DNA of 64,000 nucleotides, taken from NCBI RefSeq assembly GCF_018350175.1, contig NC_058368.1, positions 136,526,001 to 136,590,000 on the forward strand. Reading direction: 5' to 3'. Positions 49,477-60,189 of the stretch are shown in pieces. Both the position numbers and the translations under genes were made by a program. Below the pieces are notes generated by a model. It was given only the letters and a program-made list of their open reading frames with translations, was not told the DNA's origin and did not search any database. Every line of letters begins with the position of its first letter. The first letter of the stretch is position 1. The stretch is from Felis catus. Lineage: Eukaryota.

Positions 49477-50090
49477 GGAGGCCATAGAAAAAGGCAAATA
49501 AAATTCCTCCACAAAACAAAACAAACAACACATGTATTGCTGGATGGAGAAGTGATTATTGGGCAGGATTTTCAGATATACACTTTACACTTTCTGGACA
49601 TTTTCAAAATTGCAAAGAAACAAGAATAACTGTCTTGGAGAAAATCTTTAGCCCAAAGCTATTTTCAAGTGTCTCCATAATCCCAAGTTCTATTAACTTG
49701 TGTGGAAGCTCTTATATTTGTCAGATCAAATTCTTGTTCTCTGCCCAATTTGGAAGTTTGCCTTCTGAGTGGCAAAGCACAATACCTGAACTTATGGTCC
49801 TGAATGTTGATTGGAAGAGGACTGGCCCAAATCTTATTTCTCCCCAGTCTCTCTGGGACCACTAAGGGCAGCACTCCTCTTGACTTTCAGAGGAAGTCGT
49901 GAAAAAGCATTAGCACTTTGCGCTTTATAGCTTGTCTTGATGGACTGCAGAGCACCTCCTTATCCATCATCCTATTTTCAACTGTGCACCTACCAGGTGA
50001 AGGAGAGTCTCTGGTAGCACCTTTTTTTTTTTTAAAGCAATTGGATGATTTGCCACTTCTGTCTTAGTATATGCTTGAAAGTAAGATATA

Positions 50091-50383
50091 CAGTTGACTC
50101 TTGAACAACGTGAATTTGAATTGCACGAATTCACATATATGTGGATTTTTAAAAATACAATACTGTAAATGTATTTTCTCTTCCTCATGACTTTCTTGTC
50201 TCTAGCTTCCTTGATTGTAATAATACAGTATATAATACATATAACATACAAAATATGTGTTAATTGTTTATATTATCAGCGAGGCTTTCATCAATAGTAG
50301 GCTGTTAAGTTTTGAGGAGGCAAAAGTTTCAACTGGCGGGGGTGGGGGTGCCCCAAATCCTGCAAGTGTTCAAATGTCAACTA
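50091..50383. mobile_element. Tigger2-derived non-autonomous DNA transposon (Tigger2a-like)
   Basis: TIRs cagttgactcttgaaca / tgttcaaatgtcaacta, TA dinucleotide on both sides. Confidence 0.88.
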
Positions 50384-50769
50384 TAATTGTAAATTTAATT
50401 ACTGAAACTAGAGAGGCCAAACCAAAAAAGTGACATCCCCTGCCTTTGGTAGAAGAAACATAAACCAAGCCATATGGGAAATGGTTGAGAAACAAACTGA
50501 TGCTAAAAATAGGTCAGAAAGAAAAGAGGACTCTACTCTTTGCTTGTAAAAGAAGCACCAAATGCTCTCCCTACAACAGACCATCTTCTTGTGTCTGTAT
50601 CTTTTTAATAACTGGCTGGAAGACTGCCGAAACTACATTCATATTTCTTCTCCCAAATCAATAAATGAAAGAAGAAAATATCTATGACTTGGTTGAAGCA
50701 AATCTTCTATCAAATGTGACTCATTACATGAATGGAGGAAATGAGGCTGGATTAAAATGGCCTTCATTA

Positions 50770-50975
50770 CAATACTAATAGTTACAGTTGCCGAATGTGT
50801 TCAACAAGCCATGAGCTTTCCACACAATGCTCTCACCCCACAAAATCCAAAAAGTCAGTATAATTTCTCCCACTGGACAGGGGAGATCCCTAAGACCCAG
50901 AGATGCCTGGTAACTTTCCTGGGGTCAACCAACCGGGACAAGGCAGAACCCAAGTGGGTTGATGCATGTCCAAAG
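50770..50975 (-). mobile_element. MIR SINE, degenerate
   Basis: 'ctcccactggacaggggagatccctaagacccagaga...taactttcctggggtca...ggcagaacccaag'. Confidence 0.55.
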
Positions 50976-51379
50976 CTACTCCATCCTCTCACCTTCCTCT
51001 CTTCAGGCAAGAAAAACATGGGGGAAGGGCAGGGAGAGGCTGGGGTAATACGGTTTTCAGGGCAATGGCAGACCCTTGTAATGAACAATATCAGACTTTG
51101 CACAATGAATTTTCTAACAGCTGGAAAGAATGAGAGCAACTCTAATAATTGTAGAGATACTTTAAGATCTTGTGAATAATCTTGGTGGGGAACATTAGAA
51201 AACAAGATGAATTCTTCCTTTTCTAAACTCCTCTGCACTTCATTTGAGCACATCATTTGGAGCATAGACATTTTGAACCAATAAATAAATTTGTACCTCT
51301 ATTAAAATAGCATTGGCTTTTTGCCTTGTGCTGTAGGTATTTCTGTGTGCTTTAAATCTCCCCTCCTACATAGTGTCTT

Positions 51380-51590
51380 AATATCAATAGCCTCTAGCAT
51401 TTATGTAGAAATTTATGGTAAAATTTTGTGTACACCATTTTACTCAGAGCAGTTCTATAAGGTTTGAAAGGCAGGCATTCTTCTCCACATTTTAAGGACT
51501 TTGAGACTCAGAGAGAAAGGATTTGCTCAAAGTCACATTCCTAGCAAGGGGGAAAGTTTGAGCTTGAATTAACAATTTCTAATTTCACAT
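51380..51590 (-). mobile_element. MIR SINE, degenerate
   Basis: 'tgagactcagagagaaaggatttgctcaaagtcacattcctag'. Confidence 0.65.
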
Positions 51591-52863
51591 GTTTTTCTTT
51601 CAAATATACAGAGTCCTCTTATGGAAAACTGTCCCTCTAATTCATCATTGCAGTGTGACATAGCCAAGCCCTACACCTTACTCATGATAATGTTCCATAG
51701 TATCTGTTGGGTCATTTTTATGAATGAGTGACTGGAGGAGGAAAGGCATGAATGAAACCCTTCTAAGAAATGGGTGAATGAGGTTTGCATTTGGGCAATT
51801 TGACTTTCAGATCTGGGTGGAAAGTGTTCTAGTAAATTCCTCTGTATACTCACATTTAAATAAATGTCCTCCCAGATGTCCTCAAAGGAGACAGTTTTAC
51901 CACACTTTCTAGTTGAAAAATATTCGTGTTTGGTCCTTCCAGAGGCCATAAATCTCTTTAATCAGTGGCTAATGGTCTTGGGGATGACTCTGAGCAAGTA
52001 TCCCATTAATTGAAAGAAGAATGTTGTCATCTGCCACAGGGATTTCTCATCATGTTTCATCAGATTCAAAACAGAACCCTGTTTGGAATTCTTTTATGAA
52101 CAGTGTAATTACACCACATCCTATGGTGTTTGGAAGTAGTGCTCACAATTAGTATCTCTGTCATGAGTGGGAAGTGATCCATGCTAAATAGGAGCTGGGC
52201 CAGATGGGTCTTGCTAAGACCCTCTCCCCTCTGCCTTCAGCTCCATTAAATTAAGTTGTCCCTACGTGTGTGCAAAAGAATAAATCAATCTTTACTTCTG
52301 TGTGTATTAAAGAAATGCATCCGCTTCCATTAATTAAAAGTCAAGTGCTTCTGTTTATAGTGATCAGGATAGAACAGACGCTTATGCCAAAGAATTCCAG
52401 AGAAGCAGATCCTGGTCAGATGCCACGGTCCTCGGCAGGCTGCGCAGCAAGAGGAGCTCAGACATGAGCCGACCTGTCCTTGTCCTGGAAGGTAAGGGGC
52501 AGCATCCCAGCGAGTCTGGGGCCTCTAGCCCCTATTGCCAAGTGGCCCCTACTTGGGAACATGGCTGATACTCTCCAGGGGCACATAGAACACAAGGCCC
52601 TGCCTGATGAACAGCTGCCATTGGGTCTGCTGGTCATGTGTAGCAGCAAACACTTTATCTTGGGATCCGCATTTTCCTCCTGACTTTGAAACTTGTTTCT
52701 TATCTACCTTTTCACTTCAAATTCCTCCCCTACTGCCAACAAATATAGACATGGGCACTCAGAGTTCTGTTTCCATTCTTCCCTTCTTTACTTGAAGTTG
52801 TTCCTAAGTCATGTCTCAACCATTTACACCTTAGTAAGAAGTTCAGCCAATGTTTGGCTCCCC

Positions 52864-52985
52864 ATGTATATTATGTTATATATTGTATGTATGTGTATAT
52901 ATAGCATATACTATGTGTATATATATATATGTGTATATATATAGCATATATACACATATATATAGTATATATATAAACATACACA
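52864..52985. repeat. Degenerate (TA)/(TG)-rich low-complexity tract
   Basis: Direct reading. Confidence 0.85.
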
Positions 52986-53244
52986 TAAGCTTAGTTCCTC
53001 ATTATGGGAAGAAAGGTTTTGTGCCTAGAGAATTTTTTAGACTTCTTTCTTATATATCGGTATAATTTTCTGTCATAAAATAAATCTCATAATAGACAGG
53101 GAAAAGTTTTTAAATAAGGTAAAAGAATTTGACCTCAATCCTATCCCTCAGAAGCGACCACCTTAAATATTTAGATGTATTTTTTTTTATCTCTTTCCAC
53201 TTATAAAATTGTAAAATATTTGCTGATTACAAAAAGAGTAGAGA

Positions 53245-53460
53245 GGGGCGCCTGGGTGGCTTAGTCGGTTGAGTGTCCGACTTCAGCTCAGGTTGTGATC
53301 TTAGGGTTCATGGGCTTGAGCCCCGTATCGGGCTCTGTGCTGACAGCTCAGAGCCTGGAGCCTGCTTTGGATTCTGTCCCCCCCTCTCTGCCCTCCCCCA
53401 CTCACACTCTGTCGCTCTCTGTCTCTCAAAAGTGAATAAACATTAAAAAAAATTTTTTTT
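53245..53460 (+). mobile_element. Carnivore SINEC
   Basis: Head 'ggggcgcctgggtggcttagtcggttgag', CT tract, A tail. Confidence 0.96.
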
Positions 53461-53850
53461 CAAGTACAGAGGAATTCTTATTCTCTTGTTTTAGGCATAA
53501 TTCCAACAAGCTTGGTTTCATTTCTCAGTCCATAGATTAGAGAAAGTGATTTTAAAACAGGGAGATTAACAGGGGAAAACACCAAGTAAAAAAGAATTGA
53601 GACTCCTCAACTCTCCTATGTTTATCCTTTTGCAGGCTGATGAATGAGAAAAACAGAATCAGACAAAAGAACTGGGGGCAAATGGTTCCTTGTATACAAC
53701 TTGAAACCGAATCATCAAGAAGGCAACCGACTGAATGGGAGAGGATATTTGCAAATGATATACCCCAAAGGGGGTTCATACCTAAAATATATCAAGAACT
53801 TGTACAACTCAACACCAAAAAAACAATCCAATTAAAAAATGGGCAGAGGA

Positions 53851-54034
53851 GGGGTGCTTGGGTTGCTCAGTCATTGAAGTGTCAGACTCAATTTCAGCTC
53901 AGGTCAGTGTTTCATGGTTCTTGAGTTCAAGCCCTGCTTTGGGCTCTGCACTGACAGTGTGAAACCTACTTGGGGTTCTCTCTCTGCCCCTCCTCCTGCT
54001 CTCTCTCTCTCTCAAAATAAATAAACATTTTTTT
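53851..54034 (+). mobile_element. Carnivore SINEC nested in L1
   Basis: Perfect 14-bp TSD aaatgggcagagga at 53837-53850 and 54035-54048. Confidence 0.96.
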
Positions 54035-54489
54035 AAATGGGCAGAGGAACTGGATAGATTTTTTTCCAAGAAGACATACGGATGTCCAAGAAACACATGA
54101 AAAGATGTTTAACATCACTCATCATCACGGAAACACAAATCAAAACCACAATGAGATATCACCTTACACCTGTCAGAATGGCTAGAATCAAAAAAGATAA
54201 GAAATAACAAGTGTTAGTGAGGATTTGGAGAAAATGGAACCCCTATGCACTGTTTGTGGGAATGTAAATTGGTGCAGCCACTGTGGAAAACAATATGAAG
54301 ATTTCTCAAAGAAATAAAAACAGAAATACCATATAATCCAGTAATTCCACTACTTGGTATCTATCTGAAGACAATGAAAATGCTAATTCAAAAAAATATA
54401 TGTACCCCTATGTTTATTGCAGCATTATTTACAATATCCAAAATATGGAAGCAAGCTAAGTGTCCACTGACGAATGGAAAAAAAAGTGC

Positions 54490-54528
<39 letters not shown>

Positions 54529-54557
54529 TACACACACGTGTGTGTATGTGTGTGTAT
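54490..54557. repeat. (TA)n(CA)n(TG)n compound microsatellite containing a 36-bp perfect palindrome
   Basis: Direct reading; 54520-54555 is self-complementary. Confidence 0.95.
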
Positions 54558-55354
54558 AATGCAATATTACTCAGCCATAAGGAAGAATGAGATCTTGCCA
54601 TTTGCAACAACATGGATGGAACTAGAAGATATAATGCCAAGTGAAATAAGCCAGACAGACAAAGATAATTACCATATGACTTTGCTCATAAGTGTAATTT
54701 AAGAAACAAACAAAAAAATGACAAATAAAGAGGGAAAAAAAGACAGACAAAAACCAGACTCATAAATACAGAGAACTGATGGTTACCAGAGCAGAACTGG
54801 GTGGGAGGATGGGTAAAATAGGTGAAGGGGGTCGGTTAAGAATACATTTATCATGATGAGCACTGAGGAAAGTATAGAATTGTTGGATCATTATATTGTA
54901 CACCTGAAACTAATATACCACTGTATGTTAATATAAACAAAATAAATTAAAAATTTAAAAATAAACTAGAGAGGGTTGCAAGGATTGCGATAAATTTTAG
55001 CAACCTTTCCATTGCAATTCAGGTCTTTGGAAATGTTAACATTGGGAAGAAATAATAATCAATGTATGCTGCGTTTATAATTTAGTTAACTCTTTGACAA
55101 AATTTGTCTTTGTAACAAGTGTGTGAACCCCAGTAGGCAAACATTTTGCTTAAGAACAAGAAAACTGAGTCCCAAATAGGCTTCAGTGTCTTGCCTGGGT
55201 TGGCCAAGCAGTGGTTCTTCTGGCTCCTCACCTTGCCTGTTTCCTGCCTGACAATGCCACCTTCCTTTCCTGGAACCCTTCCCTGGAGACTTGTGCCTGG
55301 GCACTATAAGGTCAAAGCTAAGAACACTGATTTGACAAAGGTGACTTCTCTATG

Positions 55355-55570
55355 TGGTCGTTAGAGCACACACCTGAGGGTCAGAAAGCTCAGGTTTGAC
55401 TCCAGGCTCCTTCACTTACTAGCAGTGTGACCCCTTTGACCCTTGATTTTCATATTTGTAGCAGGTGGATAATATCCGACCTACATCGGAGGGTTACTGG
55501 CATAATTAAGGAGTTAATTAACATAAAGTATTTAGACAAATACTTAGTGCTATGCAGTAAGTACAACATA
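55355..55570 (+). mobile_element. MIR SINE
   Basis: 'caggtttgactccaggctccttcacttactagcagtgtgacc...gagttaattaacataaagtatttaga'. Confidence 0.75.
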
Positions 55571-56029
55571 CCAGCACCCCACCTATGACAAAATGGATGT
55601 GAATTTAGGGGAAAAATTATTTAAAGTGAATGATTTAAAGAATAATGCATTTGTGCATTTCATAGATTATTTTGATGCTGTTGTCCTATTTTACTGTTAA
55701 GTAGGTTTTGTTCCAATTTAAAATAGTTTATTTTTTAAAAGTTAGCTTTATGGCTCAACAAATAAACTATTTATGTTTGAGCTCCACCAAATTAGTATAG
55801 TCTGTCCATGATTTTGATTTATGGTGTGATTCAAGTCCCTGTTTTTATCAAAATTTGGGAACAGTGTTAATGACATATTAGTAAAAGGAAATCTTTTCAG
55901 TAAAAAGTTTTACATACATTAACAAGGGGCATGCTGTACTCCCCATCCCAACCCCCACTCTCAAGCCCCAGAATGGGTCCTGCTTTAGGGAAATGAAGTC
56001 ACCCTTTTTTTTTAATTATAAAAATACCT

Positions 56030-56210
56030 GGTGCACCTGGGTGGCTTAGTCGATTGAGCTTTTGGACTCTTGATCTTGGCCCACGTCATGATGTCATAGT
56101 TCATGAGATCGAGCCCCACGTTGGGCTCTGCACTGAGTAGAGCCTCCTGTGATTCTCTCTTTCCCTCTCTCTCTTATCTTCCCCTGCTCTCTCTCTCTCT
56201 CAAAAAAGTT
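56030..56210 (+). mobile_element. Carnivore SINEC, first of a tandem pair
   Basis: Head 'gcacctgggtggcttag'; TSD aaaaatacct / aaaactacct. Confidence 0.93.
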
Positions 56211-56227
56211 AAAACTACCTTTATTTA

Positions 56228-56431
56228 GGGGTGCCTTGGGATGCTTTATTTAGCAACCGACTCTTGATTTCAGCTCAGGTCATAGATCTGGTGGTTTGTG
56301 GGGTCAAGTCCTGTGTCAGGTTCTGCACTGACAGCATGAAGCTTACTTGGGGTTCTCTCTCTCTCCCTCTCTCTCTGCCCCTTCTTTGCTTGCATGCACT
56401 TGTGTGCTCTCTATCAAAATAAATAAACTTA
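56228..56431 (+). mobile_element. Carnivore SINEC, second of a tandem pair
   Basis: TSD aaaactacctttattta (56211-56227) / aaaaatacctttattta (56432-56448). Confidence 0.93.
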
Positions 56432-58089
56432 AAAAATACCTTTATTTAATACCAACTGTGCAATATTTATAGGAAGCCAAGAAAGGATCCTATTCTAGTG
56501 GCAGCTGGGGTGGTTGGAAGGGCCACTGGGAAGCTGTCAAAAGCTCACATTTAGTCTTTAGCAAACAAAAATTCTCATGTTATTTGATGCAAAACCCTCC
56601 TTTTTTCTGACATGATTCTGGAATGGGCTGGGAGGTTAGGAAAGAAGGATGAGCTGCATGGTTGGAGCCAGTGAAAACATCTTTCTTTTCATGCCTATTA
56701 TTAAAGCAGCTCCATAGGAATTGTGCCCTTTCTCTCTCTCTGTTCTCTCCTAATTATTTGATTATTTCCATTTATGAACATAATTGCTATGCAATTGTAA
56801 TACGTGTACTACTTGGCATTCTTTATTTTTCACTGAGAAGCAATTTAAAAATGTTTCCACAAAGTTTTCCCTTTTCTCCTTAAAATTGTGTGATGTTTTA
56901 TCTTATAATTCTGGTACAAGTTTATTTGACCTTACCATTGGGCATTTTCCAGTATTTTCCCAGATACATCTTTTTTACATGTAGTTTTTCTTTTATTTTT
57001 CTTCTTTTGAGTTGTTATTTTGGAACCATTTCTCAAGGTTAGGACTAATAGGTCAAAGAATATAAGCACTTACTTGGAGGTTTTGTCACATAACAGTGTT
57101 AGGACTTCCAAAAAATGTGAACAAACAGAGTTATGGAGGTGACTCTTTTTAAGAGAAAATGAAATAGGATTTTCTATCTTCAAGAAGAGAAAAGCAGGCT
57201 AGGAGAGTAACTGAAAGAGAAGAGAGTCATGAAGAATAGCTTTAAGGGCCCTTTACGATAGAATGGATTGTAAATAGTCCTAAAACCTATAAAGAGAGGC
57301 CAGAAGGGGCATGGAAAAGGAAAATACTGCTTCACCTTTTAAAAGGAGACTGATCACACATGAAGCTAATCTGTAAAAAAGTCCATTGCTTCTCCCTTTT
57401 ACTTGAAAGGCATCCAATGGAATCATTTCCATAAATTAGTCTCCTGGCCATGAAGTTTTACTGTTGGGGCTTTGTGGTACTCTCAGTCCTCACACACTTC
57501 CAGTTTATTTTTAATCATTTGGATGTGCTCTTGGTGAAGTGGGTACTTTTCCCATCAGAAGATTATGAAAGGAGCCTCACATGTCCAGCAATTGTTAGAA
57601 TGTAGAAGTTTACATTGCCAAACGCTGGGGCTCATGTATTGAGCCATTCAATAAATGGGAGAAGAGAGGAGGTGTCATTGGGGAAGAGTGTGAGCTTTAG
57701 TCTCCTGCTAGTGAATCTCACTTGTATAACAAAGCATCCCCCATAGGTGTTTCTACTGACAATACTGAGCTGAGGGCCCTCTTCCTCTGATATTCCCAGC
57801 ACGTGTCACACTAAACACTTGGTAGTCATCTTCTGTTTGCTGATCCTTAAAGATAACCTTGCCATGGCTGGTTTTCTTTCTTTGAGCATGTGGGCAACAT
57901 AGGCATAAGTTCTTTCAGTCTGCAAGAATCCCAAATTCAAGGGCATGACAGATTTCAAAATCAATAGGTCAGATGTTTGTTAACTGAAAATATAGTAAGT
58001 TATGGTTTCCCATTAGATAAAATTAGGACCTTTCACTATTTAATCATGTTTTACATACAGCTTTTAGATATTGTTCAGTTGTTGAAATG

Positions 58090-58280
58090 TAAGTACATAT
58101 GTGACTTAATTTGATCTTCACAAGGTCGGAAGTATTATTAGTCCACGTTACAGATGGTGGGGAAAAAACCCAGAACACTAGGTTACGTTTTCCAAGTTGA
58201 TGGAACAAGTGAGCAGTGGGGCTATAGACCTATATATAACCTGCGCCATCAGACTCTAAGCCCAGTCTCTGACCATGGGA
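58090..58280 (-). mobile_element. MIR SINE, degenerate
   Basis: 'ttaatttgatcttcacaa...tattattagtccacgttacagatg...cagactctaagccc'. Confidence 0.6.
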
Positions 58281-58287
58281 GCAGTTT

Positions 58288-59808
58288 CACTATGATATGT
58301 TGTGCAAAAGATCGATTCAAGTTACATCTGAAGGGAGTTCTCTGTGCTTCTTGGATTTCAATGCTTTTTTCTTCCCCAGATCGGGGAAGTTCTCAGCTAT
58401 GATTTGTTCAAGTACACTTTCCACCCCTTTCTCTCACTCTTCTTCTTCTTCTGGAATTCCTATGATACGGATATTGTTCTGTTTGATTGCATCACTTAGT
58501 TCTCTAATTCTCCCCTCATACTCCTGGATTTTTTATCTTTTTCTCAGCTTCCTCATTTTCCATAATTTTATCTTCTAATTCACCTATTCTCTCCTCTACC
58601 TCTTCAATCTGTGCAATGGCCACCTCCATTTTATTTTGCACCTCATTTATAGCATTTTTTTAGTTCCTCATGACCATTTTTTTAGTCCCTTGATCTCTGT
58701 AGCAACAGATTCTCTGCTGTCCTCTATGCTTTTTTCAAGCCCAGTGATTAATTTTATGACTATTATTCTAAATTCTTGTTCCATTATAGTGTTTAAATCT
58801 TTTTTGATCAATTTGTTAGCTGTTGCTATTTCCTGGAGTTTCTTTTGAATTCTTCTGTTTTGTCATTTTGGATAGTCCCTGGAGTTGCGGGGAACTGCAG
58901 GGCTCTTCCCCTGTGCTGTCTGAATTAACTTGTGTTGGTGGGCGGCCACAGTCAGACCCAATGTCTGTCCCCAGCCCACTGCTGGGGCCACAGTCAGACT
59001 GGTGTGTACCTTACCTTCCCCTCTCCCAGGGGCAGGACTCACTGTGGAATGGTGTGGCCCCTGTCTGGGCTACTTGCACACTGCCAGGCTTGTGGTGCTG
59101 CTTTGATAGGATCTGGTGTATTAGCCAGGGTGGATCTGCAAGGTGGTGCACAGGGGTGGGAGGGACAGGTTCAGTTCACGTTGCTTTGCTGTTGGTGGTC
59201 CCCTGAGGGAGGGGCCCTGCAGCACCAGGAGGGAGGCAGACACGTCGGAGGGATGGATCCACAGAAGCACAGCATTGGGTGTTTGTGCGATGCAAGCAAG
59301 TTCGGTGACGGGAACTGGTTCCCTTTGGGATTTTGGCTGGGGGATGGGCAAGGGAGATGGTGCTGGTCAGCGCCTTTGTTCCCCGCCAAGCTGAGCTCTG
59401 TACTCCAGCGCTCAACACCTCTCCCTCCCAGTGTCCTCTCGCCCTCCCGCTCTCCCAGCAGAGCTGGTGACTATTAACATTCCAGATGTTAAGTCCCGCT
59501 GGCTATTAAGTCTCATGCAGTCTGGACCCTCCACTTTTGCAAGCCAGACTTGGGGATTCTGCCTTGCGGGGCAGGCTGCCCCTCCACTGCCCCTGCTCCC
59601 TCCAGCCAGTCCGTGTAGCTCACATCGCCTCTCCGCCCTTCCCACCCTCTTCCCTGGGCCTCTCGTCTATGCTTGGCTCTGGAGAATCCATTCTGCTAGT
59701 CTTCTGGCGGTTTTCTGGGTTATTTAGGCAGATGTGGGTGGAATCTAAGTGATTGGCAGGAGGAGGTGAGCCCAGTGTCGTCCTACGCCGCCATCTTCTG
59801 TCCCTCTC
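58288..59808 (-). mobile_element. Carnivore L1 5' portion only: full 5'UTR plus the N-terminal part of ORF1
   Basis: Minus start gagagggacagaagatggcggcgtagga; GC-rich UTR; ORF1 ATG at 58866 with frameshifted peptide QEIATANKLIKKDLNTIMEQEFRIIVIKLITGLEKSIEDSRES. Confidence 0.9.
59789..59797 (-). promoter_or_regulatory. YY1-type site (AAGATGGCG) at the L1 transcription start
   Basis: Plus-strand cgccatctt, ~11 nt inside the L1 5' end, where the L1 YY1 site is known to lie. Confidence 0.7.
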
Positions 59809-60189
59809 ATGCCTTAAGAGATTTTTATAACATATTCTGAAGAAACCAGCTCCCTCCATCTTGCACTTCTGGCCCCTTCCTCATACACAGGCCTGAGACA
59901 GTCACTGTGTTTGTCTTCTTCAAGTCAGCACCAAAGTTTTGAGGAAATAAAAGTCTCACTGTGAACAGAGCAGGAGGAGCCAGATGTAAGAAGAATGGCC
60001 TAGTTCTAAAGGACAATGTAGAGACAACAGCTTAAAGAATGAAGAAGACACATGTTGAGGAGGGTGTGCGGAGACGTACTATCATGTACTCCTGGTAGGT
60101 ATTTCTCCTTAGATACACATGTATAAAATACTTTAGATACAAAAATCTTTCTTCTTGAAAATCTATCTGCTAATCCTTCAACAATGTCA

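Larger units (their letters stand above)
53705..54965 (+). mobile_element. 5'-truncated carnivore L1 (ORF2 C-terminal part and 3'UTR)
   Basis: Peptides RRQPTEWERIFANDI, CTPMFIAALFTISKIWKQAKCP, YYSAIRKNEILPFATTWMELE; A-rich end. Confidence 0.93.

Noticed and set aside
58823..59859. Cluster of overlapping ORFs up to 181 aa
   Set aside because: Explained by the GC-rich, stop-poor L1 5'UTR.
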